64,000 bases of DNA from Octopus sinensis (lineage: Eukaryota). The position numbers and the translations under genes are program-made. This document shows positions 24,540 through 37,491 of this stretch, one piece after another; within the stretch, counting starts at the first letter, position 1; every line of letters begins with the position of its first letter. The notes under the pieces are model-generated. The model did not search any database, had not been told where the DNA came from, and worked only from the letters and a program-made list of their open reading frames with translations. The stretch is taken from NCBI RefSeq assembly GCF_006345805.1, contig NC_042997.1:205592001-205656000 (forward strand). Direction: 5' to 3'.

Positions 24540-25700
24540 ATTGCTACTTAAAGGAGGACTGGAAGAGATATTTAGATGATTGCTTCATACTTTGGAAAGA
24601 CAGCATGGATAAACTCCTTGATTTTAAAAGAATGCTCAACAACATACACAGCAATATACAATTTACTATGGAACACAACAGTAAGCAACTCCCTTTTCTA
24701 GACATCTTAATTAGAATAGTTAACAACCACATAGAAACAGACATCTTTTATAAACCCACAGATTCTAAACAATACCTACCATTTAACTCCTCCCACCCCA
24801 AACACATAAAAATTAATATACCCTTTAATCTGGCGAAAAGAATCTGCACCATCATTTCGGATACATACACTCGTGAACAAAGACTCCTTGAACTTAGATC
24901 TACACTAACTAAAAGACATTACTGAATCTCATTAGTAAATGAAGGCATCAAAAGAGCTAAGGAAATAGATATACAAATGTTAAGGAAAACTAGCCGAAAT
25001 ACTAAACCAGACTTAAAAATACTCCCGTACATTTCCACACATAACCCCAGAAACAACGAAGCCTTCAACATCATCACCCAAAACCTTCCCATCCTCACAG
25101 CAGACAAAACAATGAACGAAATTTTAAGCTCATATAAAATTATAAAAAGCAAAAAGCAACCGAAGTCACTGAAAAAAATATTAACCAGCGCTAGACTGTA
25201 TCCACTAACAACAGAGCCAAAAGTGACAAAATGTGGACGTTCTAACTGTGGAACATGCCCCCACCTTCTGGAGGGTTCAGAATTCCAATTCAAACAGAAG
25301 AAATATTTAAGATCAAATCAAATTTCACCTGGGACTCAGTAAATTTAATCTATGTTATGACATGCATAGGATGTGGTAAACTCTATATTGGACAAACAGG
25401 AATTTCGCTCCGTCAAAGAATCACCATTCACAAAGAGCAAATCCGTCACCCACAACACAGACAGTTAAAGGTGAGTGAACACATAGAAAGGTGTGCCAGG
25501 AATCTTAATCCCAATTTCCAAATATTTCCCTTTTACTAATGTTCACAGAACACCACAATGCAACAAAGGTTGAATAAAGAGGCATTTTTCATCAATAAAC
25601 TTCTCCCCCAACTAAATATGAACACACGACTCAATACAGAACACCACTAACTGTTCAATTGAAACCACTAACCCCTATACACTTCCTACACCACTCACAT
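24540..25700 (+). mobile_element. 5'-truncated Penelope-like element (RT C-terminus + GIY-YIG)
   Basis: WKRYLDDCFILW, IQFTME...LPFLDILI, YKPTD...SSHP, and NLIYVMTCIGCGKLYIGQTG...HKEQI. Frameshifted. Confidence 0.92.
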
Positions 25701-26057
25701 CTCTAAATCCAGAACTACTTACCTCCCTTACAAATAATCCAGAACTACTTACCTCCCTTACAAATAATCTTTTTTCTCGGGAACTATTAGACCTGACACC
25801 GTGTATTAGCCGGTGTTTTTCAAATGATGAATAGCTTTGCGTAAACCATGTTCCTTTTTTTCTCTTAGTTTATTATCATCTTATAATCATCTCATAATAA
25901 TGACTTTTATGACTCGTATTACTACCGCAGTCAATCTAAATGTGTAAATTTGTCGTTACCTGTCATAAATATCCTTTTTTTATTTGCAATGTGCATTTTC
26001 GTTGATTTTTCATATTTTACCCATATATATGTATATATATACGACGGCTCTATATAA

Positions 26058-26203
26058 GCACCTACATCGCTAAAAATAGAGATCAGAAAACTTTTGTGTC
26101 ACAGAATTGTCCTTGGAATATTTTCCTACCAGGCCTGTAATAAATTCGTGACTATTCTGTGACACAGAAATACTTTTGACTTTATTTTTAGCGATGTAGG
26201 TGC
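26058..26203. repeat. Short MITE-like hairpin with ~50-bp arms
   Basis: gcacctacatcgctaaaaata...tgtgtcacagaat vs attctgtgacaca...tatttttagcgatgtaggtgc. Confidence 0.8.
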
Positions 26204-26234
26204 TCTTGTAGGGCCCTCGCATGTATGTATATAT

Positions 26235-26950
26235 ATACTGCTCAACTTAGCAAGAAGAATTTGCATGATTGCATCAAATCCCGAAACCCGAGAAAAGCGA
26301 CTCCAAGAACTTAAAAACACTACTAAATAGAAAATACCCGGCCAGTCTTATTAAAAGTGGAATAGAAGATACGAAAATAATAGACATCCAAGAGTTACGG
26401 AAAACAAGAAAACACCATGACACACTTCAAATTTTATCTTACGTCTAAACACACAATCCGAGGAATAGGGAATCATACATCATCCACCAAAACACAGCCC
26501 TCCTAATGAAAGACCTGCGAGAGAAAACGGCACTGGAAACACATAGAATTATTAAAAGCAAGAGGTAACCGCATTCTCTAAAAACGTTATTTACCAGTGC
26601 CAAATTACCCACCAAAAGTACAACCCCACAAGCCCAAAAGGGCAACCGCCCTAATTGTGGGACTTGCATCTTCCTCTTAGAGGGCTCCACATGTAAATTT
26701 AAGTCAGGTCAAACTTTTACCATAAAATATGACTTTACCTGAGCATCGAAGAACTTAATCAGTGTTCTCAGATGTGGAGGGTGTGGTGGAGATTACATAG
26801 ATCAACACCTAGACCAATGCCCGCAGACATAAACCCGAAATACCAAATCTTCCCTCTCTATCAATGTTCCGAAAACACTTCAACCCAATTCTGTTTAAAT
26901 AAGGAAAGTATGCTCATCAGAAAATATAAACCACAGCTGAATATCCTTTA
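26235..26950 (+). mobile_element. Penelope-like element fragment (thumb + endonuclease region)
   Basis: NLARRICMIASNPETREKRLQELK and a CGTCIF-type segment. Paralogous to 24.8-25.5 kb. Confidence 0.75.
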
Positions 26951-27289
26951 GAAAGAAATAAAAACACTGAAGGGAAAAAGGAAAAGACACAATTTCTCCA
27001 CAAAAAACAACAACCACATACAACAGATATAATTTTTTAAACTTTTAGTAACAGTCTTCCACATAGGTTTCAAAACTGCAACTCCAAATGACCTTACAAT
27101 AATACCATGCAAACACCAGTTGCTAACGGCACCAAACTCTAGACCAAAGAAATTTTATAAACACCAGGTATGTAGATTACATCTTCATACTCACATCCTC
27201 CTGTGAAGAAGCGAACAAAATATTCATGACGTTCAACAATGAATATACGGTTCAGTATAGAATATGCCAACAACACTGGATCCCTATCG

Positions 27290-27950
27290 CTGCTCAACCC
27301 CCGACTGAAAATAACGGAAGGAAAGATCCATACCTAGTTCTACAGGAAAGCAGCCAGTAGAGATATGTTTGTTCACTACAATTCAGCCCTTCCACTTGGT
27401 ACTGAAAATAAGATACACCAGAAATGAACTTACACGCATCCAGAGCAAGTGCAGCAGGACAGAGAACAAGGCGACCCACACCACACGCTTCCAAGAGATA
27501 TTGAAAACTAACGGGTACCCTATATTCATTGTAAATCAGCTTAAGTGCTCAAGACAACAAACACGCTAAACACACAGAAAACCCAGCAACACATGCTTCC
27601 TTAAAGTACCCCATTTTAGAAAGAAGATAACTACAGCCATCCGAAGAGCCATAAGAAGAGAAGGGTTAGAGCCCACTCCGGCCCCTCTCTGAGAAGACAC
27701 CTAGCAAAGGAACGAGCAATGGACAGCAATCAATGCACACTAGCTAACTGCCCCATCCATGACACAGATTTATGCCAATGGCTTAATGTTGTGTATAGAA
27801 TACAATGCAACAAGTTCTATGTGGGTAGCACAACAAGACTGTTACACATTTGCATCATAGAACATCTGAACACGAGAGCCTTCTCCTTCAGAAAACATCT
27901 AGACAGACGCCGAAACGCTGACAAAAGCATAACAGTCACAACTCGGAAAG
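27290..27950 (+). mobile_element. Penelope-like element fragment (thumb + GIY-YIG)
   Basis: ILKTNGYP and NVVYRIQCNKFYVGSTTRLLH...EHL. Confidence 0.75.
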
Positions 27951-28540
27951 TGAGAAAGTCTTTTACGTTTCGAGCCTATGCTCTTCGACAGAAAAGAACA
28001 CAGAAATAAACAGAGAGAGAAAATAAGGTGTAGTGGCTAGCGATCAATCATGGCAAATGCTGCACAGGGGTGATCAGATAGTAGAGCTAGGAAGAAGGGG
28101 GAACAATAAAGTAGTGGTGATCCCAAAACGAAGGTACGCATACGTGTGTATGCGAGAGCGTGTATGTGCGTGTGGAAGAGGGCTGGTGACCTTGACGTGT
28201 GCCTGTATAGGTGTGTGGATGATGGTGCAGGTGTTGAGAATTGGTCAGTGCTAGTGTGTGGGGAATGGTGTGATGTGGTGTGGTGTTGGGGTATGGGGAA
28301 GCAAGGATGGAGTATGTAGGTGTGGGGTGGGGCATGTCGGAGTGGAATGTGTGGGATGGGGTGGGGATGAGATGGGATGTATAGGGACGATAGTGTTGGA
28401 ATGTGTAGGGTAGGTAACAATGAAGGGAGTGGATGGAAGGGAGGAGGTGAGTATGAGTAAAGAGAGGAAGTAGGTGTCAGAGCAAGAGAGGAGAGGAGAG
28501 GTGGGTGGGAGTGAAAAAAGTGTAAGAGGAGAGAGGAGGG
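27945..28540 (-). mobile_element. Penelope pLTR/3' region of the C/T-rich family
   Basis: Reverse-complement similarity to ~31800-32350. Confidence 0.7.
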
Positions 28541-28571
28541 GGTTATATATATGTGAAAGTATGGTTAGTGA

Positions 28572-30050
28572 TTACACATGGTTGAATATACAAGGAAAGA
28601 AATAAGACGAAAAACAGATTTGTTTTATGAGACTATGGTAAAAATATTTTAGAATATACAAAACAAAATTTTTCCCTTAATAAAACAACAGGTTTCGCTG
28701 TAGCTTTTCAAATTTTGAGTGTTAGGTGCAATACGAAAGAAGAAATTTTGTTTTTTATGTAACCAAGGTATTTTCAGCAAAGGGTAGGTAAATTTGTAAT
28801 TTTTATTTAGTTCTGGCTCATATTTTCTCGAAAAACGAGGCCTCTTTTTATTTAGTTGCAATTGTATAATTTTCAATATGGATTTATATTCAGTTCTCGC
28901 TTATATTTTTTTGTAAAATGATCCCTCTTTATTTAGTCACAATTGTGTTGAGGTCCAAATAGCCCATTGATATATTGGGAAGATTTAGAATTGTAGCTGC
29001 AGTTGTTCTGCACACATGTCAATGGGTTCGCGGAGATGTATCTGGCAATATTGTGGGGAAGAGATTTGTTGTTTGTGGACTGTACATCTACGTCTAAGAG
29101 ACATTCCTGTGGAACCTATATAGTTTTTTATGGCAGCTCAAGCATCCAATGACATAAATAAGGTTTTTGGAGGCGCAAGAGAAATTGGATTTAATTTTGA
29201 ATTTTTCCCTTGTTTAAAATGGAATTCTCATCCTTCCTAAAGATTGAGAGATGTTCTGCATTTTTTTACTCCTGTGTTTGTTGTTCTTGAGAATAATGTA
29301 TGATTTGTGAGGATTTTCTTTTATGTCTTTGATTGTTCATTGCTTTTAATGATCTTATGCATAATCGGAATTTCCTTCAGTTTGGAGCCCTTATGGAGTA
29401 TTGGGAGATTTTAAATGCTTCGTTGTTTCTGGGGTTGTGTATGGGTATATAGGTTAGTATTTTTAGAGTAGATGTGCGACTTTTCTTAATGTCTTTATGT
29501 CAATCAATTTTGCACATTTAATCGCATCACCTATGAGCTGAATTGGGTAATGTCTGTGCATGAGTACATTTTTAAGCTCTTGCAGTCTTAGTTCTTTGGT
29601 ATTTTTTCCATCACTATGGTGCAAATCTATCCTGCAGGGTTGAAGGTAATGTTTGTTTTAATATGTCTTGGGTGGCACAAGCTAAATAATAGGTATTGTT
29701 TAATGTCTGTATTTTTGTAAAATATGTCCCTTTCTATTTTTTATGTATTTTTTAAAACTAGTACGTCTAGGAATGGGAGTTCCTCTTGGTTGTTTTGCAG
29801 TGGGTTTGGAGGTCGGATACATTAAATACACTTGGAAAATCCCGTGGAAAAATAGTATTTCACACCGAGGTACAAATGGGTCTTATACAAAATATTTACT
29901 GCAAATTTTCCTGAAAACTTCAATTTATAAAAAAAATCTCTCTTCCCTTATAGATATTTCTTTTAGTAATTTATACGTTTAGTGTGCTAGAAGTAGTTAT
30001 TATCGTAAGACTTTATAGCATTCCATACAGCCATACCAACAAAACCACTT
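28572..30050 (-). mobile_element. Decayed Penelope-like element (duplicated at 42282-~43760)
   Basis: Minus strand reads ELPFLDVLV...IFYKNTD..QYL..HP, with a downstream GIY-YIG-like region. Confidence 0.8.
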
Positions 30051-30519
30051 CTTAATTATTTTTGTTGTAAATTATTCTGGTATATTAAAATTTTTTTTCA
30101 TGTTATCAAAAATACAGATCAAAGTTATATACCTACTTTGTGTAATACTATTAATTCATTCAATAAATAATTTTTTTACACTATGTACATCGGATAAAGT
30201 GGATTTTGCAACAATTTGAAAGGAATAAATATGAAATTACCATTAATGAAAACAGAGGCAACAGAGTGTATGAAACAGTTTCAAATGAAAACGGAAAATT
30301 TTGGCTGCAACGAATTGATAGTTTATTTAATCTACTCTGCTGTGAATGAAATTTAAATTTGTGAAGATCTCATAGTTCAAATACTGAATAAACTTCAGAA
30401 ACAAAAATTACAGGAAATTTCTTGGAACATGAATTTATAAAAAATTTCAAGATGTTCAAGCCTTTAATAATAGCTTTCTTACAGTGGCTATTACATACCT
30501 AATTAATAAGCAGTATTCT

Positions 30520-32410
30520 TCCTCCTAGCCCCTCTAAATTTCTCTTCACTTTCGACATCCAGAGCCTTTACACAGTGATCCCTCACCACGAGGGGCTGCG
30601 TGCACTCCAACATTTCCTTGACCTTCGACCTAACCCCAACCTGACATATCCACACTCGTTCGTCTGGCCGTACTTGTCCTCTCACTCAACTTCTCGTTTG
30701 CGGGTGATTTTTACCAGCATTTCTCAGGAGTGGCCATGGGAACGAGAACGGGTCCCAACTATGGCTACATTGAGGCCCAAATATTCTCAAGTTTCACTGG
30801 TCCCACTCCCGAACTATGCGGTCGGTATATTGACGACTGCATCGGTGCGACCTTACGCTCCTGCGAACATCTAGACTCCTTCCTCTCTTTTGCCAAATCT
30901 TTCCATCATGCCCTCCATACATCACTCCACTCTCATTACCTCCATGCACTACAAACACACAGATACACACTCATACCTCAACTTCTCCTCCTCCCACCCG
31001 AAACACACTAAGCTTTCCCTCCTCTATTCCCAATTTCTCCATCTACGCAGGCTTTGCAGTGACAACCATGAGACTCAGTGACAACCATGAGACTCAGTCT
31101 CAACTCATGGCTAACCACTTCATTCTACGTGGCTATCCCCTCACTACTATCCACACCGCCCTTGCCAGAGCACGTTCCGTGGACTGTGCATCTGCTCTTT
31201 CCCCCTGCACCCACCCCACCGTCTCCCGTTTCCCCTCACCTATCTCTTAAATGCAACATTCTCCAAGCCTTCCGCTAACTCCATTCTGACCCCTCTATTT
31301 CGCACATCTTCTCTAACTGACTCTTCCCCTCCTTCAAATGAGCCCACAACCTACAAGACCTCTTGGCCCACAGCTTCTTCCCTAACCCAAACTCCCAACC
31401 CGGCTCGTTCTCCTGCTCCGGCCCACGCTGCCACACTTGCCCTTACATCAACACCACCCTCCTTACCGGCACCCATCATTGACCCTATCATATCACTGAC
31501 TCTTTCACCTGCATTTCTAGCAACGTCATCTATTGCTTCTCCTGCTCTATCGGCCCTTCTCTGTACATCGGACAAATGGGACAACGCTTGGATGACCGGT
31601 TCGCAGAACACTTCTGACACACCTGACTCTGCAATGACACCTCGGTCTCGTGCCATTACTGCTCTACAGGTCACTCTTTGCAACACCTGTCTGTTTTCGG
31701 ATTGTCCATCCAGACTTCCGTCTTCTCCGTGAACAGAGATTAATCTCTTTTCGCTCCTTTGCACCACATGGAATCAACTCCTCTCCTCTTCATCTAACTC
31801 TCCTCTCTTCCTCTCACACCTATTTTCTCCCACCCACCTCTCTCTTTCTCTGACTCCTACTTCTCTTCCCTCCTAGCCACATTCTCGTTTCATCGTCACC
31901 CCTCCCTCGTAACCCCAACCTACCCAGTCCAACCCCACCTTCCCTATACATCCCATCCCACCCCTTACACCCACTTACATCCCACATACCCCACCCTCAG
32001 CCTAAACCACACATCACATTACACCACCACGCACACACTAGCACTGTCCACTTCCCAGTACCCTCACCATAATCAACACACCTACACATGCACACGTCAA
32101 GGTCACCAGGCCTCTTCCACACGCACATACATGCTCTCATATACACATTCGTGTGCACCTTCATTTTGGGATCACCACTACTTTATTATCTCCCCTTCTT
32201 CCTAGCTCTACTGTGTGACCCCTCTGTCTGGCATTCGCCATGATTGATCACTAGCCACTACACTTTATTTTCTCTCCCTGTTTCTTTTTGTGTTCCTTTC
32301 TGTGGAAGAGCGTAGGCTCAAAACATTAAAGACTTTCTCACTTTCTGAGAGTTAAACTAAGGCATCAGTTTGTCTATGCCACCTGTCTTCATCTTTTGTC
32401 TTTTTGTAAT
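30520..32410 (+). mobile_element. C/T-rich Penelope-like element (RT, GIY-YIG, pLTR; duplicated at ~44220-46120)
   Basis: FDIQSLYTVIPHHEGL, GVAMGTRTGPNY, GRYIDDCIG, YKHTDTHSYLNFSSSHP, and a C..CP...GIY-YIG-type region. Confidence 0.88.
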
Positions 32411-32419
32411 TCCCCCCCA

Positions 32420-32460
<41 letters not shown>

Positions 32461-32560
32461 TCAAAATGAGGGTGAAAAAATTGTATATTAATTTAATAAC
32501 ACCAATTTAACACCAGTGGTTTAGCGCATAAAAAACTGAGATTCAGTAAATATTATCAAC

Positions 32561-32826
32561 ACACATATGAGAGTGAATCCACTAAAGTGGACGTCCTTAC
32601 GCTAACCACTAAAAATTGTTCTCAAGAAAAACTTACCACACTATGAATGTAAGCGAGCAGGACAAATGAAAACTAACAAAAATATAGATTTATATAGATC
32701 TATATTTTTGTTATTTTTCATTTGTCCTGCTCACTTACGTTCATAGTGTGCTAAGTTTTTCTTGAGAACAATTTTTAGTGGTTAGCGTAAGGGCGTCCAC
32801 TTTAGTGGATTCCCTCTCATATGTGT
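32561..32826. repeat. Near-perfect 266-bp palindrome (duplicated at 46300-46565)
   Basis: acacatatgagag...ctctcatatgtgt. The ~130-bp arms meet at atatagatttatatagatctatat. Confidence 0.93.
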
Positions 32827-32834
32827 ATTAATAT

Positions 32835-33060
32835 ATCATCATCATCATCATCATCATCATCATCGTTTAACGTCTGTTCTCCATGCTAGCATGGGTTGAA
32901 CGGTTCGACCGGGGATCTGGGAAGCCAGAAGGCTGCACCAGGCTCCAGTCTTATCTGGCAATGTTTCTACAGCTGGATGCCCTTCCTAACGCCAACCACT
33001 CCGTGAGTGTAGTGGGTGCTTTTTACGTGCCACCTGCACAGGTGCCAGGCGAGGCTGGTA
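32835..33060 (-). mobile_element. RTE LINE 3' tail (duplicated at ~46575-46795)
   Basis: (CAT)n followed by the shared tail. Confidence 0.85.
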
Positions 33061-33171
33061 TGTATATATATTATGAATATATAAAATATTAGGGAAAAAC
33101 AAGTATTCCAGGTTATCAGGACATTTACTATTTCACACTTTTCTTATGAAATGTAAAAAGTATATTTTATA

Positions 33172-33516
33172 ATATTATTATTATAAATTTGGGATCTTTA
33201 CCAATACATATGCACCTCCTGTTTCAGGATAACCTCATGGTATGGTATATGCAGAGAAAGATAAAGCAATTAAAATTATTAAAGCAATTAATGTAACTTA
33301 CAAGAAAATTAGTTAAATAAATATAACTTAACTGTTATTATTCCCCACAGAATTATAACAAGTAGTTATATTTATTTAATTTTCTTATAAGTTACATTAA
33401 TTGCTTTAATAATTATATTTGCTGTATCTTTCTCTGCGTATACCATATCATGAGGTTATCCTGAAACAGGAGGTGCATATCTATTGGTAAAGATCCCAAA
33501 TTTGTAATAATAATAT
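33172..33516. repeat. Hairpin/MITE with ~165-bp arms (duplicated at ~46908-47252)
   Basis: aaatttgggatctttaccaat...gcacctcctgtttcaggataacctcatg vs catgaggttatcctgaaacaggaggtgc...attggtaaagatcccaaattt. Confidence 0.92.
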
Positions 33517-34129
33517 ACGTATTTTAAATATTTCATAGGGAATACTTATTGTATTGTAAGCTCTATTTAGCACAGCAATCATTTCAGCTTACATATGTAC
33601 TGCTCCTGAGAGGGTGGGGATATGTGTGTGTATTGTACTTTGCAACATGGAAGCTGTACTTCATTTGCAAAATGATGCTTTGAGAATTAACCTGCATTTT
33701 CCATGATATTACTTGAGAATTCCAAGAAAGATGGTGAAAGTAATGACAAAAGTGTCGTGTATCCCAATAATATCCCGTATTATACCACCAGGACGTTGGC
33801 CATTGTCTGGTGATTTCACTCAAAAATGCTAAATATGAATACTCCACAGGTTTTCCACCAATTTTCTCTGATAACAGGCATTCAATATGTACCAGTTGGG
33901 CTCTACTTGATCATATGGATGGGGTTTTGGTAAGTGTAAAGGAATTTTATTCTTCTTGGAAACACATTTCCAAAATCAGTGGACAGTTTCTTCCCAGTCA
34001 CAAAACCGGTTTATACTTTTTTTTAAAAAATATAATACAAAATAATAAACTTTGACTGGATTTGAACCTGCAGCCTTCATTTTATTTTAAGCAATAATTA
34101 CATCTAATGTAACAAAAAAGAAAATGTTA

Positions 34130-34570
34130 AAATATATTCAATTGTTTTAGTGTAAAAAATCTGAATAATTTTACTGTTACAAATTTGAATAGTTTCACTG
34201 TTACAAATTTGAATAATCTTAGTGTTACAAATTTGAATAGTTTCACTGTTACAAAATTGAATAATTTTAGTGTTACAAATTTGAATAGTTTCACTGTTAC
34301 AAATTTGAATAATTTTACTGTTACAAATTTGAATAGTTTCACTGTTACAAAATTGAATAATTTTACTGTTACAAATTTGAATAGTTTCACTGTTACAAAT
34401 TTGAATAATTTTACTGTTACAAATTTGAATAGTTTCACTGTTACAAATTTGAATAATTTTACTGTTAAATATTTGAATAGTTTAACTGTGACAAATCTGA
34501 ATAATTTTCCTGTTACAAATCTGAATAATTTTACAGTTACAAATTTGAACAGCATTAGTTTTAAAAATTC
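34130..34570 (-). repeat. 24-bp minisatellite 3' of the PARP copy B stop
   Basis: Same unit as 2245-2570 in reverse orientation, about 17 units. Confidence 0.95.
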
Positions 34571-34645
34571 AAATAGTTTTAAGTGTTATAAAATTGAAGT
34601 TTTAGTGTTAAACATTTGAATACTTTTAGAATTACAAATCTCAAC

Positions 34646-34923
34646 TCAAAGTGTTACTAAAGCCTTAGAGAATGTAATCAAATAATTAGGATATGCTTGA
34701 GAGTCATCAAAAGTAACATAAATATCGGGTCTTTGAATATCATCAACAGCAGAATTGTAAGAACCATGTAAAACTTTTAATCTACGTTGCCCTTGAATCA
34801 CTCTTCCCACAAGAACACTGCATTTGTATATTGTCTTTATTTTGTGATGGTCAGGAGTAGAATAGGTATCATCTGCAGAATATCGGATGCTTTTGGCAAA
34901 ATAAACACCTTCACCATATGTGC
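34646..34923 (-). CDS. PARP14/15-like catalytic domain, copy B terminal exon
   Basis: (G)TYGEGVYFAKSIRYSADDTYS...VLVGR...YNSAVDDIQRPDIYVTFDDSQAYPNYLITFSKALVTL*, with acceptor ttcttag. Confidence 0.93.
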
Positions 34924-34943
34924 CTAAGAATGATAAAAACAAA

Positions 34944-34979
<36 letters not shown>

Positions 34980-34984
<5 letters not shown>

Positions 34985-35630
34985 ACCTTTGAACATTGAG
35001 GCTCACTGAAGCAATGACTAGTGACCAGGACCTTTGGAGATATACTGTGATTCAGAAGACCAAACAAGCCAAGTGAGACCACAGCCCATGGCCTATGCCA
35101 GTGGGTGTAAGCAGCCCACTTATGAATACCCCCTCCCCACTCGTTCATTGGACAATAAACTTTGCTTGCAAAGACCTGTTGAGGCAAGTGAAATCAAAAT
35201 CGCTGACGTGGCCGATGACACTACTGCGTGATTGGCACTTGTACCAGTGGAAAATTAAAAGCACACCGAGCATGATCGTTGCCAGGGCCATATAGTGGCT
35301 CCTCTGCTGGTGGCACGTGAAAAACAACATTTGAGCATGGTCGTTGCCAGTGCCACCGGACTACCTCCAATGAAGGTAGCATGTAAAAATACCTTTGAGC
35401 ATGGTTGTTGTCAGAACCGCCTGACTGGCCCTCGTGCCAGTGGCATGTAAAAGCACCCACTAAACACTCGGAGTGGTTAGCATTAGGAAGGGCATCCAGC
35501 TATAGAAACTTTTCCACAACAGAGTGAGCCTGATGCAGCCTCTTGTTCATTAGTCCTCAGTCAGACCGTCCAACCCATGCTAGCTTGGAAAGTGGATGTT
35601 AAACGATGATGATGATGATGATGATGATGA
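34980..35630 (+). mobile_element. RTE LINE 3' fragment in the PARP intron (duplicated at ~48722-49372)
   Basis: RT C-terminal remnant plus 3' UTR and (GAT)n tail. Confidence 0.8.
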
Positions 35631-35644
35631 TATATATATATATG

Positions 35645-36069
35645 CTGAACTGGTGGCCTTCCAAAACTTTGGTGAAGGCTGAGGAAATGGAGTAACTGCT
35701 GCTTGCTATATTGACCAAATTTGGAGACCTCACATTGTGCCATACTTTGCCTGTTGTTGGAATTACATGTTCTGACATAACAATGCCCGTGACCATACTG
35801 CCAGGTTGACAACAGGCTTCCTCCAACAACATCAACATCTAGACACTGGCTTCAGTCCAGACCCAAACCCTATAGAGCACCTGTGGGATGAAACCCCTAA
35901 GAAGGCTAAATGACACCCGTCCAAGACCGAAAACTCAGGACAACTCACTGCAAGTTTTAACAGAGTGTCAGCTGCTATCCCCATGGCTTTCATCAATCGT
36001 TTGGTGCATTCAATGTGCAGAAGATGCCTGGCAGTAATCAACAATAATAGTGGTCACACGAGATATTGA
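35645..36069 (+). mobile_element. Tc1 transposase 3' half (duplicated at ~49387-49812)
   Basis: SPDPNPIEHLWDE...FINRLVHSMCRRCLAVINNNSGHTRY*, a Tc1 C-terminal signature. Confidence 0.88.
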
Positions 36070-36923
36070 GCTTATCTCTTTGAATCCAGGACATTTTGTC
36101 ATCACATGACACCATGTGACATCAAACAGGTTTCAGGAAATGATGTTTTATCATTGGGAGAGCCTGTCCCTTGCAAATATTTACCACTGAACTTGTTTGG
36201 GTGGCATTTTGTGAAACCCCACTCTTCTACTCACCCCATATCCATATTCACCATACACATCAAAATCTAATTCCAAAAGATGATAAAAGAGTTAGTGAGA
36301 GAAGATCATTTGAGATATCTAAATGGAGTGACCTCTGCTGGTTTATCAGATTTCTGTACAGTTATTAAATGTCCCTTAACCAATTTCTAGGCCGTAGCAG
36401 ACATTGAATATTTCAATGAGAGTTAACAACACTGTATTGATTATCTCAGTATATCTATAATTGACAAACTCAGAATGGTGATTGCTTGGCCTGGTGTTCG
36501 CTTGTTGATATTTCTGTCTAGTCCTGCAGACTCTCCACTAAACTTTTTCCTTCTTCCTATAACATTATCCCTCTGAAATTCCACCCCTTCTCTTATCTTT
36601 CCTGCAATATTTTCATTTACAAAGGTTCAAGAGGAACATTAATGGATGGGGACAGACCCTTCCTCCCAATCCAAATAAAAGTGTTGGTTCCACAATAATA
36701 AAATACACCTGGTTTACTCTAGAGCAGAAGATGTTAGGAAGGGGACCTGGCAGTAGAAACGATGCCAAACATGGAATGTGTGAGCAATATGACAGCCTCT
36801 GTCCTCTCTGAGTGAGAAAGGATTCTAAACAGCAATCAATGTGGAGAGTGACTGTCCAGCTCAGGACAATAGGAAGGGTGGGTAGAGGAGACTACTATTG
36901 CCACTTTGAGAATATGTACTTAC

Positions 36924-37101
36924 CATTTTTACTACAATATCTACAGTTGAATCCATATCTATTTATTCTCTCAACACATTCTGCAGTAGTACCATGCCAA
37001 AGGCCATCAACTTCATTTGTAATCTTTGGATTTTCTGCCTCAAATTGTTCTTTCAATGCTTTGTATCTCTGGCATAATGTTTTATTTTGAATTCTCTCAA
37101 T
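36924..37101 (-). CDS. PARP catalytic domain, copy B middle exon (contains HGT)
   Basis: ttctacag|IERIQNKTLCQRYKALKEQFEAENPKITNEVDGLWHGTTAECVERINRYGFNCRYCSKN-G|gtaagt. 178 nt, phase-compatible with both neighbouring exons. Confidence 0.93.
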
Positions 37102-37491
37102 CTGTAGAAAGGAAAATACATTTATGAAAAGACAATCAGTTCACTTCTTTGACAAGGAAATAACGTTTGTGGTGAAAATCCCCAACCCTATCTGCTTTTT
37201 TTTTTTTCTTTTTTATTTGATACCAATTTTGATTCGGCTGTAAATTTTGGTAAGGCATAATAGTTTAGCTGCAAAATGGTGTTGCATTTACAATTCAATG
37301 CAAGAAGTTAAAGCAGAGGTATTTTTGTTGAGCAAAGATTTCTTGTGAATATCCAAAAACACATAAAACCATCCCAAAATAGGTTCATACAATGAGATTT
37401 AAGTCTTTTATACAAACAAAATGTCTCTTAACATTTTGTTTTAACAATAAACCATCAAATATTGTTTATAAACAGAAGTAAAAATACAAAC

